Positions 10,106-21,088 of a stretch of DNA of 64,000 nucleotides are shown one piece after another; the first letter of the stretch is position 1; each line of letters starts with the position of its first letter. The notes under the pieces are model-generated. The model saw nothing but the letters and a program-made list of their open reading frames with translations. It was not told the origin of the DNA and searched no databases. Position numbers and translations under genes: made by a program. The stretch is from an uncultured virus (IMG/VR IMGVR_UViG_3300028396_000003) (taxonomy: Duplodnaviria > Heunggongvirae > Uroviricota > Caudoviricetes), in IMG/VR virus record IMGVR_UViG_3300028396_000003; one strand, 5' to 3'.

Positions 10106-11278
10106 TTACTTTCCTACTTTTTCGTTCAATTCCTTGATAGCTTCAATTAACAAACCAATTACATTACCGTGTCTGACCGCAAAGATTGCCTCGCCAGTGT
10201 CTGGGTCCGTTGTTTCATAAACAGCTTCAGGTAAAACTTCCATAAGTTCTTGTGCCATAACGCCGGTCATTGGTTCGTCAGGTTTTGATATATAGTTAAA
10301 TGTATAACCACCAAGTTGTGAAACTTTATCTAAGGCATTATTAATTGGTTCAATATTTTCTTTTTGTCTTTTGTCTGAAACAGTACCAAAACCGGTAACT
10401 TCACCTGTTGAGAAAACTGATGCAAAAGTAACATTAGAGTTTGTAGCAACAGTTTGACCAATTTCAATAAGGCCGGATGTTGTGTTATATGTTACGCCAG
10501 TACCACCAGACAATGCAGCCCGTACTCTTGCTGTAGTATAATAAAGATTGTCATCGCCTTCGGTTAAACTATCTGTATCGTGGTTTGTTAATGAACTAAC
10601 TGTACCAATAACGTTACCTGTAAATGTAGCAGGAATTCCAGCCTGACCACTTTCAAGCACCTTATTTGATACCCCACTATCGTCTACTTTATATACGTCA
10701 CCTACTAAGTTACCTGTTAAAGTTCCACTAAAGTCATCTGCAGTAACACTATTTGCTGACATATCAACGGCTGTGATATCGTTAACAGTTAAATCGCCGG
10801 TAACTGTCATATCCTCAGTTACATTAAAATTAATTACGCTTAACGTACCAGCTGGCGTTAAAGATAGCTTTGGCGTACCTGTTCCTGTATCAATATTAAA
10901 ATTAGCATCATCTGAATTATCAATACCAACATCCCAAGATATTGTACCATCAGTATATCTTGTTTGACCACCGCCTGCGCCATATGAAAATGTAGCTACT
11001 ACCTGATCGCTTGCGCCGATAATATTTAAAGGTGAATTAAATGTTACTGGAGCACTTGCAGTGAAAGATGTAATTGTGTCTGCTTCAAATAACGTATCAG
11101 CAATTAATGTATTAGCTTGAAGATCTCCAGCTAAATTTACATCGCCTGTAGTTAAATCACCGGAAACGGTTGCTGTGACAACTTGCTCACGCATAAGATC
11201 AACCATTTCATTGGTCTTATCAAACCAATTTTGAAACGTCTGAGTAGTCGTAATGTTTTGAATATTTGTTTTTGCCAT
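10106..11278 (-). CDS. Tail fibre protein with C-terminal intramolecular chaperone (peptidase S74)
   Basis: SDKRQKENI...GVMAQEL..VLPEAV...LLIEAIKEL autocleaving chaperone motif. Confidence 0.85.
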   Translation of the reverse strand: MAKTNIQNITTTQTFQNWFDKTNEMVDLMREQVVTATVSGDLTTGDVNLAGDLQANTLIADTLFEADTITSFTASAPVTFNSPLNIIGASDQVVATFSYGAGGGQTRYTDGTISWDVGIDNSDDANFNIDTGTGTPKLSLTPAGTLSVINFNVTEDMTVTGDLTVNDITAVDMSANSVTADDFSGTLTGNLVGDVYKVDDSGVSNKVLESGQAGIPATFTGNVIGTVSSLTNHDTDSLTEGDDNLYYTTARVRAALSGGTGVTYNTTSGLIEIGQTVATNSNVTFASVFSTGEVTGFGTVSDKRQKENIEPINNALDKVSQLGGYTFNYISKPDEPMTGVMAQELMEVLPEAVYETTDPDTGEAIFAVRHGNVIGLLIEAIKELNEKVGK

Positions 11279-11284
11279 TTAACT

Positions 11285-11467
11285 CTACTTCTCTATTCGA
11301 TCTAATCTATCGCAAACAACTGCCAATAGTTCTTTAATTTCCTGAACTTCATTACCTAATTTAGTTACCTTACGGTGTAAAGCTCTTTCTTGTTTATATT
11401 TATTCAAACTTGCTGCGTCTGTACTTAAAACAGCTTTTGAAAATGTATGACGAACAACGTTTGACAT
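11285..11467 (-). CDS. Small hypothetical coiled-coil protein
   Basis: 60-aa ORF coupled to the upstream gene (stop/start overlap at 11467). Confidence 0.65.
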   Translation of the reverse strand: MSNVVRHTFSKAVLSTDAASLNKYKQERALHRKVTKLGNEVQEIKELLAVVCDRLDRIEK

Positions 11468-14400
11468 TATGTTAAAGCTAACGCTCGCATATCTCGTACT
11501 AACGATGATTTTGATATATCGTTAGAAATCATTTCAATTTTAATAGCAAACTTTCTATAACCAACATGTGTTCCGCCAGTGCTTGTATAGTTAAGCACAC
11601 CGTTTACATCTTTATTGGCATCAGGTAATTGCCATTCGTATTCTCTAAAATCATTTTGATTAGACGCAGTAAACATATTTACGCCTTTATATAATTCCAA
11701 CTCAATCCAAGGAATTGTATCAAACGCCGCGGCATCATATACATTTTGTGGTCTAATATAAACTTTAATATCAGTACCGCTTGGGCGGTGAGCAGTTAAA
11801 ATAACATTAATATCTTCAGCATCTAAATCTTCAGAAAGTTCAACTGTCTGAGAAATGTACTTCGATGTAGTATCAGAACTACTTGTTACTAACCATTGGT
11901 ATGACATTAGTGTAGCGGTTTCCAAATCAACTATTGGAGATGTTGTATCGCTAGAACCGTTTGTCATATTCACTTTAATTTCAAAAGGTTTTAAGTCAGA
12001 TGGATCATTTGATTTAGAATAAACAACAACACCTTTTTCTGTAAAGTAGTTTGAAGCACCAAATTTCATAGGTTTGTTATATGTAGTTAACGTATCAGCA
12101 GGTGGTACGAATGTACCTGATACTGAAGTTGTAGTTTTACTATCATTTGATTTGTTAATAAGTGGTTGTACATAACTTAAGTTAATATTATCAACTGTAC
12201 CAATTGTTCCTTCGACGCCACTTGAAGAACCAGTAATAGTACCAGCCGCGCTGAATTGTTTGGTTGACGTAGCCGAACTATTTTGTAAGTGCATTACTGA
12301 TCTATTAAGAGTATTGTAGAATGAAATGGTTCCTGAAACAATCGGTGTACCAGTACCGTTGCCAACATCAAATGATACTGGTTTAGTTGTAGTCATTTCA
12401 GTTGCACTATCAACACTCGCAATTTTAAATATTTCTTTTATTGAACCGCCTGCATTAATAATCAGAATTTTGTCACCGGCGGCGTATGTGTCACCTAGTG
12501 CCGTACCGTTAATTGTTGATGTACCATTAACCATCGTTACACCAGCTGCTGTTCCACCAGTGAGTGATAATGTTTGATATACTTCTTCACCTTGAGTAAA
12601 TCGACCATCCCAATCTGAAAGCGTAAGGAATTCATGATCGTTATTTGTTAGCGTTACAGTACCATCTGATGCGCTAAACTGGTGGCGGTATAAAGTGAAT
12701 TTTAAATCTTCATCTTGTACTGATTTCCAAGCTCGGTTGTTTGTTGATGTAAAGAGAACACCGTCACCCCAGTCTTGAACAACTGCTTGACCGTTTGTTG
12801 CTCCCGGAGTTAAATCAACACCACCAACTTTAGATGTAAATACTAAGTAATTAGGATCGTTCGCATCCGGTTGAACAACAATTGCATATTCTTTTTCAAT
12901 ATCCAATCTGATTGGAACATTAAATGTAATCGTTGTTACCTCTGATGCATCGTCTGAAACATTAACATCAGCTGGATTTAAATGAACTTTAGAGAATGGC
13001 ATAATAACTGACGAAGGATAACCGTTGACAACTTCACGTAACATAATAGTTACGCCGTTAATTTCACTTTTACGTTTAAAGAATACATCAACTTTAGAAG
13101 CAAATACTGATGTTGCCCCTTTACCCATGCCTTCTTTAATAAAGAATGTTTGTGCTAGCGGATCAATTGCGAAAGGTCTTCCTGCAACTGTTCTCGTTGT
13201 CGTTGATGTTATGACTGAAGTTTCAGGCATTCTTACTGATGAAGTTAAGCTAACTTTGTCAACATTAATGTTATATGCGTTATACGATAAATCACCGCGT
13301 GATGTTTTTGCAGAGTCAATGCTTGAGTATTGGCTAACGTCAACAACTGTTAATTGTCTTTCGCCAACAAAGAATGTACCTGATGGTAATTCAAACACGG
13401 CTCTTAATACACCATTAGCATCGGTAGTAACCGCGGCATTTAATGCTCCAAATTTTTCAACATCTCTTGCTCTTGTTGCTGAGGTGGTCCCAGGTCTTAC
13501 TCTGTTATTTACGTCAACTTTATCAAAGAAAAAGTAATGTCGAGTATTAGGACGTAAGCCTGACATATAAACTTTAATATCTCTTGCTCTCATATATGGT
13601 TCAAATTGGAAGTCAGAAACAAAATCTCCAACACTTGAAGTTTGTTGATTTGATCCAACATTAAGAGCTGTAGTTTGAGTAGTAGTTGATGTTACATCTT
13701 GCCAAATATTATTTCTAACTCTGTTTCGTACTCTACTTGCAGCCGTAACGACGTCTCGCGTCATTGGAATAAACGATTGTAAATCTTCAATAAAGTTATT
13801 AAATGGCGCAACAATATCAAAATCTAATCTCATAGGATTAGTTGTTACATCTTGTGCCATATCGTGGTCTGGAGATAAAGCACCAACACCGTCATATGAC
13901 CAGTAATTTGATACACAATTTCTAAAGTTTGTAGCATATGTCTGCGATAATACTTTAACGTTTGCATTTCTTGTCAAGGATGCTATGTCTGCGTCGTCTG
14001 TTGTTGGGAAGATAGACGCTGATGAAGTTGATTTATATTTTAAATCTAGTGGAAACGTTCTTAATGCAGGAGTAAGTGTTTTTGTATCACCGCGAATAGC
14101 TGCCGAGAAATTAGGGTTTTCTAAATTAGCAATAGTAGTATCATTAAATGGATCTACTAGGAAACCGTTTTTAAATCTTGTTAAACCATTTTCATCAATA
14201 ACATTTAAGTTTTGAGTGTCTGCCTCGAGTTGGCTTAGGCTAACATAATATTCTAAATTATCTACTCGTTTTTCTACGCTAGCAATATCTTCCATAGTAT
14301 ATGTTTTCGTACCAGCAGACTTAGCAGTAACCGCATAGTATGACTTATTTTGACTTGACGCTTCTACCGGAGATAGTGCTGGATAACCTGGGATTGTAAT

Positions 14401-16827
14401 ATGAGAGATAAGGAATTGGTCTGCGCCAATTTTTGGAGGCGAAGGAATTTGTTCTTCTTTACCTTTAACTGTAGCAACTACGCCATATGAGTCAATAATA
14501 ACTGCATCAGTACGAGCGTTATAAGTTTCAATTTCAGCGTTGACATTACCATTAATTTGTGGTATAATATAATCATTAGTACTAAATGTTGGCTGTGATG
14601 CTCCAACCGCGGCAGTAACAACCGACGCAGCTCCTTCAGTCAATGCAGTGTAGCTTGCCCCAGCGCTAAGATCAGCATATGGTCTAAAATCAATACATTC
14701 TCTTAGTCTATATGTTGTGCCAGTCGTTGATTTGTATACACCCATGTCTGATGTGCGAATTTTTTCACTAGGTAATATTGCAGTTGTATCATCAATTGGA
14801 TAACTGTCAATAGTAAAAAAGTTTGAACCAGTTGAGTTATTAATTTTAAATACTTTAAGTTGTACTGTATATGTACCTGATGTTGGAACCGGCCGACCTG
14901 GGATAAGTTCCATAAAAGAGATATCATAAAAATTGTCTTTTTGGTTTTTATTTAATCTAAAGCTTTCAGTAAAATCATTACCAAGACTATCTTCAACGCT
15001 TATAATGCTGTGTACATCAGGAAATCCAAGACTATATTGAGATACGCCATTATCCCAAACAAATTTAATATATGGATTAACTAATACTTTATTATATGCT
15101 GTTGCGTCTGTATTGTTGAATATTCTTTTGTTATAATAAACCTCGGCAACAGGATCTGAATTATCTGCTGGGTCTAAAGTAATTGTAAGAACTGAATTAT
15201 TGAGTGATGTTGTATAACTTAGTACATTAATAAGAGTATTAGATGCGTCTACCACAACGATATCGCTTTGGTCAACTGCAAAGTCTTCGTTTGCTACGGC
15301 GTTAATAACAATTTCATTACTTGAAACATTTACACTTGATGCATGCGCACGAACAGGAATAATTAAATCAGTTAAAGTTTTAATACTTCTTGCACCAGTA
15401 TCAAATATTGTTGGCGCAGTGTTTGTACCTTTGATTTTTGATCCGGAAGGAATTGTGATAACGCCTGCAGTGCCAACGATACGTTCAACATTAGCAAATG
15501 TATATGATGGGTAGAGTAATTTAACACCAAACAAATACAATCTTGTAGGAGTAATGTTTTTAGCAAAAGCTTCGCCAATTTTTGTGCCGTTTGCGCGTTG
15601 CAGTTCTAGTGTTTCGTATTGTAATCCAATAGTACCAGTAATTGCAGTAACGTCAACGTATCCACCATAATTAAGAGATGTTGACTCATTGGCTTGTACG
15701 GTGGTAGTAGTAACTTCATCAATTACTGTATCTTGGAAACCTTTGTTTTCAATTCTATAACCTTTAATATAAGCTGAGCCTTTTCCGACAAGTGCCGTAA
15801 GTTCATCATCTCTGCGTTCTACTAATACTTTAAAATCATCAACAATGTAATCGCCGTTTGTTTCATATGTACGTTTGGCTAGTTCTTCATTAACAGAGTT
15901 AAATTGTGTAACGTCTCTAAGCGTAACGGCCGAGCCATTCTGATACCTAATTAATGTAAAGAACCCTGCGTCAACATCAGCAACTGCGGTTGTCTTAACG
16001 GTTAATGTTGGAACCATTTTAAATCTATCAGCACCCGGAGCGTTTTCATTTTCTGAACCGTTTGCGTTATCAAATAGGCTGCTATCTTGTAGTGAACTAA
16101 CAATTGTTTCAGAAACTTCATAGCCAACTGATAAGTCGTCAGGTTGGTTAGTATATGGAGAAACAACAAGCGTTTGGTCAGCAGCGAATAAGAAGTGACC
16201 TTTTTGGAATACGACACCAGCTGCAGCTTGAATACCAAATGATTTTCCTGTTGGAGTTGGAAGCTGTGTTACCTGAGTTGTTTGAACATTAAGTTGTGTT
16301 TCAATAATAGTTGAACCATTATAGCGATACTTATTAATTGTAAGTTCTTCACCAGCAATAAACGATTTATAACCACTTCCTTCGTTTGTGTTTAAGTAGT
16401 TAATAAAAAATGTATTAAGGTTTGGCGGACGAGTTTCAAAACCACGAGCAGCGGATACGATTGATGCCTTCAAACCGGAAATTTGTCCTTCAACCTCATA
16501 CTTAGTTTCGATAGAAGTTGTAGTACCAAGAATTACTTCGTCTGCAACAGAAGGGATAAATGTTTCTGGGTCAAAACCAGTTTTGTCTGTTAGCTTAACA
16601 AATTCTAAACTATTTAAATTTGTAAAGTTACACCCTTTAACAATGCTACCTTCTTGGTAAATATTATCACCAAATTGCTCAACTTGATTTTGAAGAATAG
16701 TTTGTAGCTGTGTAAGCTCGCGGGCTTGAATAGCGTAAGCAGGCTTAAACAGAATTTTATAGAACTGCTTTTCTATATTGAAATCATCAAAATATGGAGC
16801 AATATTTAAATTTTTATTAATAGGCAT
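11467..16827 (-). CDS. Large baseplate-associated virion protein (VrlC-like / DUF4815-like)
   Basis: N-terminus NLNIAPYFDDF...FKPAYAIQARELTQLQTILQNQ, RFKNGFLVDPF and DPLAQTF motifs typical of this family; follows gp8. Confidence 0.8.
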   Translation of the reverse strand: MPINKNLNIAPYFDDFNIEKQFYKILFKPAYAIQARELTQLQTILQNQVEQFGDNIYQEGSIVKGCNFTNLNSLEFVKLTDKTGFDPETFIPSVADEVILGTTTSIETKYEVEGQISGLKASIVSAARGFETRPPNLNTFFINYLNTNEGSGYKSFIAGEELTINKYRYNGSTIIETQLNVQTTQVTQLPTPTGKSFGIQAAAGVVFQKGHFLFAADQTLVVSPYTNQPDDLSVGYEVSETIVSSLQDSSLFDNANGSENENAPGADRFKMVPTLTVKTTAVADVDAGFFTLIRYQNGSAVTLRDVTQFNSVNEELAKRTYETNGDYIVDDFKVLVERRDDELTALVGKGSAYIKGYRIENKGFQDTVIDEVTTTTVQANESTSLNYGGYVDVTAITGTIGLQYETLELQRANGTKIGEAFAKNITPTRLYLFGVKLLYPSYTFANVERIVGTAGVITIPSGSKIKGTNTAPTIFDTGARSIKTLTDLIIPVRAHASSVNVSSNEIVINAVANEDFAVDQSDIVVVDASNTLINVLSYTTSLNNSVLTITLDPADNSDPVAEVYYNKRIFNNTDATAYNKVLVNPYIKFVWDNGVSQYSLGFPDVHSIISVEDSLGNDFTESFRLNKNQKDNFYDISFMELIPGRPVPTSGTYTVQLKVFKINNSTGSNFFTIDSYPIDDTTAILPSEKIRTSDMGVYKSTTGTTYRLRECIDFRPYADLSAGASYTALTEGAASVVTAAVGASQPTFSTNDYIIPQINGNVNAEIETYNARTDAVIIDSYGVVATVKGKEEQIPSPPKIGADQFLISHITIPGYPALSPVEASSQNKSYYAVTAKSAGTKTYTMEDIASVEKRVDNLEYYVSLSQLEADTQNLNVIDENGLTRFKNGFLVDPFNDTTIANLENPNFSAAIRGDTKTLTPALRTFPLDLKYKSTSSASIFPTTDDADIASLTRNANVKVLSQTYATNFRNCVSNYWSYDGVGALSPDHDMAQDVTTNPMRLDFDIVAPFNNFIEDLQSFIPMTRDVVTAASRVRNRVRNNIWQDVTSTTTQTTALNVGSNQQTSSVGDFVSDFQFEPYMRARDIKVYMSGLRPNTRHYFFFDKVDVNNRVRPGTTSATRARDVEKFGALNAAVTTDANGVLRAVFELPSGTFFVGERQLTVVDVSQYSSIDSAKTSRGDLSYNAYNINVDKVSLTSSVRMPETSVITSTTTRTVAGRPFAIDPLAQTFFIKEGMGKGATSVFASKVDVFFKRKSEINGVTIMLREVVNGYPSSVIMPFSKVHLNPADVNVSDDASEVTTITFNVPIRLDIEKEYAIVVQPDANDPNYLVFTSKVGGVDLTPGATNGQAVVQDWGDGVLFTSTNNRAWKSVQDEDLKFTLYRHQFSASDGTVTLTNNDHEFLTLSDWDGRFTQGEEVYQTLSLTGGTAAGVTMVNGTSTINGTALGDTYAAGDKILIINAGGSIKEIFKIASVDSATEMTTTKPVSFDVGNGTGTPIVSGTISFYNTLNRSVMHLQNSSATSTKQFSAAGTITGSSSGVEGTIGTVDNINLSYVQPLINKSNDSKTTTSVSGTFVPPADTLTTYNKPMKFGASNYFTEKGVVVYSKSNDPSDLKPFEIKVNMTNGSSDTTSPIVDLETATLMSYQWLVTSSSDTTSKYISQTVELSEDLDAEDINVILTAHRPSGTDIKVYIRPQNVYDAAAFDTIPWIELELYKGVNMFTASNQNDFREYEWQLPDANKDVNGVLNYTSTGGTHVGYRKFAIKIEMISNDISKSSLVRDMRALALT

Positions 16828-16840
16828 CTATCATGTTTCC

Positions 16841-18478
16841 TTAAAATTCTAATACTAATTTGTATTCTTCCCGTGAGGTTCTTGTACGAACGAGAGGAAC
16901 AAAATCTTCCATGAAGTATACTTGCCCACTTCTTTGGATGTAATCTGATTCTATCGTATTATTGGCTTGTGGACTATTTATTACAATTCTTTGACCTGTA
17001 GAATTGACAATTGCGGCGGTTGGGTCAAACGATATATCATTGTTTGCTTGATTGACAAACGGACCCATGTAGTTTGAAATATACACCGTGTTAGCAGAGT
17101 CAACTACTTCATGTACTTTACCAGTGAATGTAACTTTATTTGAAGAATCTAATTGCGTAATTATATCTCCTTCAACTGCGTAAGAAATATTATTCGTTGA
17201 GATTTCAATTCTATTATCAAATACGTCTGGTGTGTTCGCTGTATTTGCCTGAGCACTTACAAATTCTGGATTTTTAACAATACCAATATTTGAATAACTA
17301 CTTTCCTTACCAATTTGGTTATTATCTGTTTCAGTAATGTATCCATATAAGAGAATGTGACTACAATATAATTCGTCAATTAAGTTATATGCATGCCCAC
17401 CAAACGGTGAAAGTATTGGTCTTAGTTCTGCTCTAACATCAACAGAGTTAGGATCTTCTGGCGCAAAATCAAACTCAGGATCTTTGACTGATGCTGTTAA
17501 ATTAGTGTAACCAGATCCTGGGTTAAGAATAATAATATTTGTAATTTGTCCGTTAACTACTTCTGACTTAGCAACACACCCTGAACCATCTCCTTGCAAT
17601 TCAATAGTTGGGATAATTGAAAACGTGGCAATGTTTGAAACACCGTCAGCACGTGGTGTACCTTCAACTCTAACTTTACCATATCCGGTATTCGAGTCAA
17701 ATGTGTATGTATCAATTTTATATATGTTTGAAACACCATCTGGGTTTGTTGTATATATTGTCATGCCTGAATAATAGTTTTGAATTTGGTTAATATTATT
17801 AGCACGTACTGTTATAATACCAGAGTTTGACGGTGAAGCAACTAAAAATCCGTCCAAAGAAGGATAGCCAGCGTTATCAACTGGGTTTTCAATAAAGATA
17901 TCACTAAGCTCTGATCCATAAACAATATTGTTAGCATCGGCATTTGGATCAGGATAAATTTCTAAATCTACAGGTAAGGGGATATAACCAACGGCATTAT
18001 ACGCCTCAAACTCTGCCGCCTCAATCGCATACATAAACTTCCATACGTATTTGTCGGCTGTTCTATATATTTGGTTTGTTGTAAAAGAATTCCAGTTTGG
18101 CGGAGCAGAAGATGCGCCATTATTGTTATTATATAAACATTTAAATACTCGATAGTCTCCAGTATCATTATCGTTTGGTCCTACTACGGCATAAAACTTT
18201 TCGCCATCTAAGTCAATCCTATCATCGTATTGAACATAAGTAGCGTCTTTCTGCCAAGGATGATATTTAATCATAAACTTGGTATCAGATCCAAGAACCT
18301 TTTTACCAAATATAGTATTTTCTAAAAATTCATTTTTACTATATTGTGAATTAGATGCTCTTGCACGTGCGTCTGTCGAAACAGAAGAAATGAATACATA
18401 AAAGTCATTGTCCTGAATGTCTTCCATAAACATTCTGGTAGTATCATTTTTTAATTTTGTAGTAAGTACTTCTGCCAT
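16841..18478 (-). CDS. gp8: Baseplate wedge subunit gp8
   Basis: YRVFKCLYNN, TADKYVWKFMY, GIVKNP and terminal R...EEYKLVLEF motifs. Confidence 0.8.
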   Translation of the reverse strand: MAEVLTTKLKNDTTRMFMEDIQDNDFYVFISSVSTDARARASNSQYSKNEFLENTIFGKKVLGSDTKFMIKYHPWQKDATYVQYDDRIDLDGEKFYAVVGPNDNDTGDYRVFKCLYNNNNGASSAPPNWNSFTTNQIYRTADKYVWKFMYAIEAAEFEAYNAVGYIPLPVDLEIYPDPNADANNIVYGSELSDIFIENPVDNAGYPSLDGFLVASPSNSGIITVRANNINQIQNYYSGMTIYTTNPDGVSNIYKIDTYTFDSNTGYGKVRVEGTPRADGVSNIATFSIIPTIELQGDGSGCVAKSEVVNGQITNIIILNPGSGYTNLTASVKDPEFDFAPEDPNSVDVRAELRPILSPFGGHAYNLIDELYCSHILLYGYITETDNNQIGKESSYSNIGIVKNPEFVSAQANTANTPDVFDNRIEISTNNISYAVEGDIITQLDSSNKVTFTGKVHEVVDSANTVYISNYMGPFVNQANNDISFDPTAAIVNSTGQRIVINSPQANNTIESDYIQRSGQVYFMEDFVPLVRTRTSREEYKLVLEF

Positions 18479-18502
18479 GTCACCTAGCCTGCCTCTTTGT
18501 AA

Positions 18503-18510
18503 TATTTATA
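18503..18510 (-). promoter_or_regulatory. T4-type late promoter TATAAATA
   Basis: Exact consensus in the intergenic gap upstream of gp8. Confidence 0.8.
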
Positions 18511-18519
18511 AACATTTTC

Positions 18520-21087
18520 CTAACCTCTTCTACGTATATTAGGTCGTGGGTAAACTTTCCCAGATGCAGGTCTTGTTTTAAAATTTTGCTTTGGAAGTGT
18601 GTTTCCGTCTATTGGTCGTTGATTATACCATCTTAGATATTTATTTGCCGCGCCTTGTAAACTATTTCTATCGTACGCATCGTCTGTACCAGAGTCATAC
18701 ATGGCATTCATAGTTGCGTTATTAAGTAACCAATCCTCTGCCTCTTCCTGAGTTAGGTTAGGCCAAGACTCTGCAAGCAAAGCAACAACACCTGCCACTT
18801 GTGGGCCAGACATACTTGTTCCTTGATACTTACCTAATTGATAACTACTATTTCTAGCATCGTTTACACCACCTGAGTGCAAACTACTTTGAATGGCTTC
18901 GCCGGCTGCGTAAATATCAACTTGGTTACCGCAATTACTAAACGTTGCTTTAACTTCATTAACATTATTTGATGTAGCTCCAACGTTAATAACCGGATTA
19001 AACCCAGCGCCGGAACCTGTACCGCGGTTAAGATAATATGTTTGGTCAAATCCATAATATTGTACTTCGTATGTATTATTCCAATCTTGGTCTGATTCGT
19101 TAACAGTTTTCCAACTATCATTACCTGCCGATGCTACAATAATAATTCCGTCATCTATTGCGTCTTGCATATCAGCTTGGCGTGAAGTAAACCAATTTGG
19201 AATATCCATTTGTAAAGATGGAGCATAACAACCACGAGCTCTTAATTCAGTTGTAGTTAAATCTCGTCCTGGGCTAAACTCTGTACCCCTATATGTAATA
19301 CTTGTAATGTTACCAAAATTATCTTCAGCTGAACCAACAGGTATAGAACTACCATAACTATTGTTTGTAATAGTAGGATTGCGTCTACCAGTTGTAGGGT
19401 TAATGGCTTTTGTATTATGCCATTCTCTAATGTAATCCCACATCCTTGTACTTGATAAACTATTTGGGTTTGAACCATATGGACTAATGTTATAAACTGT
19501 TGCTGAACGTGCCCAACCTTGAGTATTCCCTGCTACAGTTCCACCACAATGGCAGCCATGATTATTATCAGCTTCATCTGCTACGTTTGTATATGAACCT
19601 GAACGATTATATGTATATGTACCATTTGATCCAAATCCTAAAGCACTTGTTAACGAAAACCAATTAAATTGATTAATTCTTGAAGCGCCGTTTGCTGCTG
19701 GTGTATAATATGAAGGACCGTTATCATTATCCCTAAAAATATCTCTTAAAACAACAAAGTCTGGTTTACTTAACACTGGTTCAAAATATGATTTAAATAG
19801 GGCGTACCCTTTCGGATTATTAGTTAACATTCCAGATGGAGTTTTTACTGAGTCAGACCATTCCGGTGACAGTGATCCACCATCCCAAAAAGTACTCATA
19901 TCCCACATTGACCAGTTCATCAAATACATATATTCTTTATAAGCTACCTCAGCTGCCTCATCCACTGTTGCCCAATCGGATGCATAACCAGACGGATCAA
20001 AAAATCCGCCATCAATAGCTTCTTTCATAGCAAGGTGCAATTCTGTTGTTTGCCAATTAACATTATTAGTTGCTAACCAATTCACAGCTGTTTCAGATCC
20101 CGGCACCGCACCCATAATACCAAACAAATGTATTGTGTGCATAAGATGTTCTACAAGTTCTTCAATATCTCTATCACCAACCGACGGGCTTGGCCCGCTA
20201 ATATTAGCATACCAAACCATATCGTTATGTACGTGGTTATCTAAAAAATCTACGTATCCTGCATACTGTGCAGCGCCTGCGTCTGTTAAAAAGTTTGGAC
20301 TATATTCAGAACCACCACCGTATGCAATTCTTTGAACGGCAGGAAGTCCTGCGTGTATAGTTCCTGTAGCGCCTTGTAATGTTTTAATTAAATTGATTTG
20401 ATGGTCTACATTAATAAGAGGATATGTTGGATCAATTAACAATGTTACCATTTTGGCAGTTTTTTCTGCCCACATATCAGGTACTGCGGTTTGACCTCCA
20501 ACTGCGCCTGCAACAACCATCTTTAAACCACGAGCTGTTATTTGTCTATTAAATACTGCTCCATTAGATGAGTCACTTATAAGTGCACCATTTGAATAAT
20601 CTGTCTCAGTTCCAATTGCTGCAAATTCTGGATGTGCTGGGTCAATATGTCCATCAACGATAACAACATCAACATTTTTACCTGATGCAGTTACGGTTAA
20701 ATCAGAGTTTATATTTGCAACTCCATTATCTCCCCAGTTACTTCTATTTGCGGCTTCAGAATGTCTAAGTAAACCCCAGTTAAAATCTGTTGCGTCTGTA
20801 AACCAATCTTTTGAAAACTTTTGATTAACGACTGACCATCCTTGAGGTTTGGTAGTCAAATCAATTAATTCTACTAAGTCACAGCCCCAGACTCTAGGAT
20901 CGTTTTTTAATTCTTTCGCTTCTTCATTGGTTAACATATAATGAGTATTGCGACTTATGCTTCTTCTATCAACAACGGGTACTGCTCGACCCGGAATGTA
21001 CAACGCTCCACCTTCATTTTCCATGTCATCGTAAAAGGAATTTAAATCCTCTTTATTATGAAGTGTAACAATCCATTCTTTTTGCAT
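18520..21087 (-). CDS. Subtilisin-like (S8) serine protease with a large internal insertion
   Basis: Catalytic D (VVIVDGHID), H (HGCHCGGTVAG), oxyanion N (ASAGND) and S (GTSMSGPQVAG) motifs are present. Confidence 0.85.
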   Translation of the reverse strand: MQKEWIVTLHNKEDLNSFYDDMENEGGALYIPGRAVPVVDRRSISRNTHYMLTNEEAKELKNDPRVWGCDLVELIDLTTKPQGWSVVNQKFSKDWFTDATDFNWGLLRHSEAANRSNWGDNGVANINSDLTVTASGKNVDVVIVDGHIDPAHPEFAAIGTETDYSNGALISDSSNGAVFNRQITARGLKMVVAGAVGGQTAVPDMWAEKTAKMVTLLIDPTYPLINVDHQINLIKTLQGATGTIHAGLPAVQRIAYGGGSEYSPNFLTDAGAAQYAGYVDFLDNHVHNDMVWYANISGPSPSVGDRDIEELVEHLMHTIHLFGIMGAVPGSETAVNWLATNNVNWQTTELHLAMKEAIDGGFFDPSGYASDWATVDEAAEVAYKEYMYLMNWSMWDMSTFWDGGSLSPEWSDSVKTPSGMLTNNPKGYALFKSYFEPVLSKPDFVVLRDIFRDNDNGPSYYTPAANGASRINQFNWFSLTSALGFGSNGTYTYNRSGSYTNVADEADNNHGCHCGGTVAGNTQGWARSATVYNISPYGSNPNSLSSTRMWDYIREWHNTKAINPTTGRRNPTITNNSYGSSIPVGSAEDNFGNITSITYRGTEFSPGRDLTTTELRARGCYAPSLQMDIPNWFTSRQADMQDAIDDGIIIVASAGNDSWKTVNESDQDWNNTYEVQYYGFDQTYYLNRGTGSGAGFNPVINVGATSNNVNEVKATFSNCGNQVDIYAAGEAIQSSLHSGGVNDARNSSYQLGKYQGTSMSGPQVAGVVALLAESWPNLTQEEAEDWLLNNATMNAMYDSGTDDAYDRNSLQGAANKYLRWYNQRPIDGNTLPKQNFKTRPASGKVYPRPNIRRRG

Positions 21088-21088
21088 G

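Noticed and set aside
12326..16238. Overlapping alternative-frame ORFs inside the VrlC-like gene
   Set aside because: No recognisable motifs or translation signals; expected by-products of codon bias.
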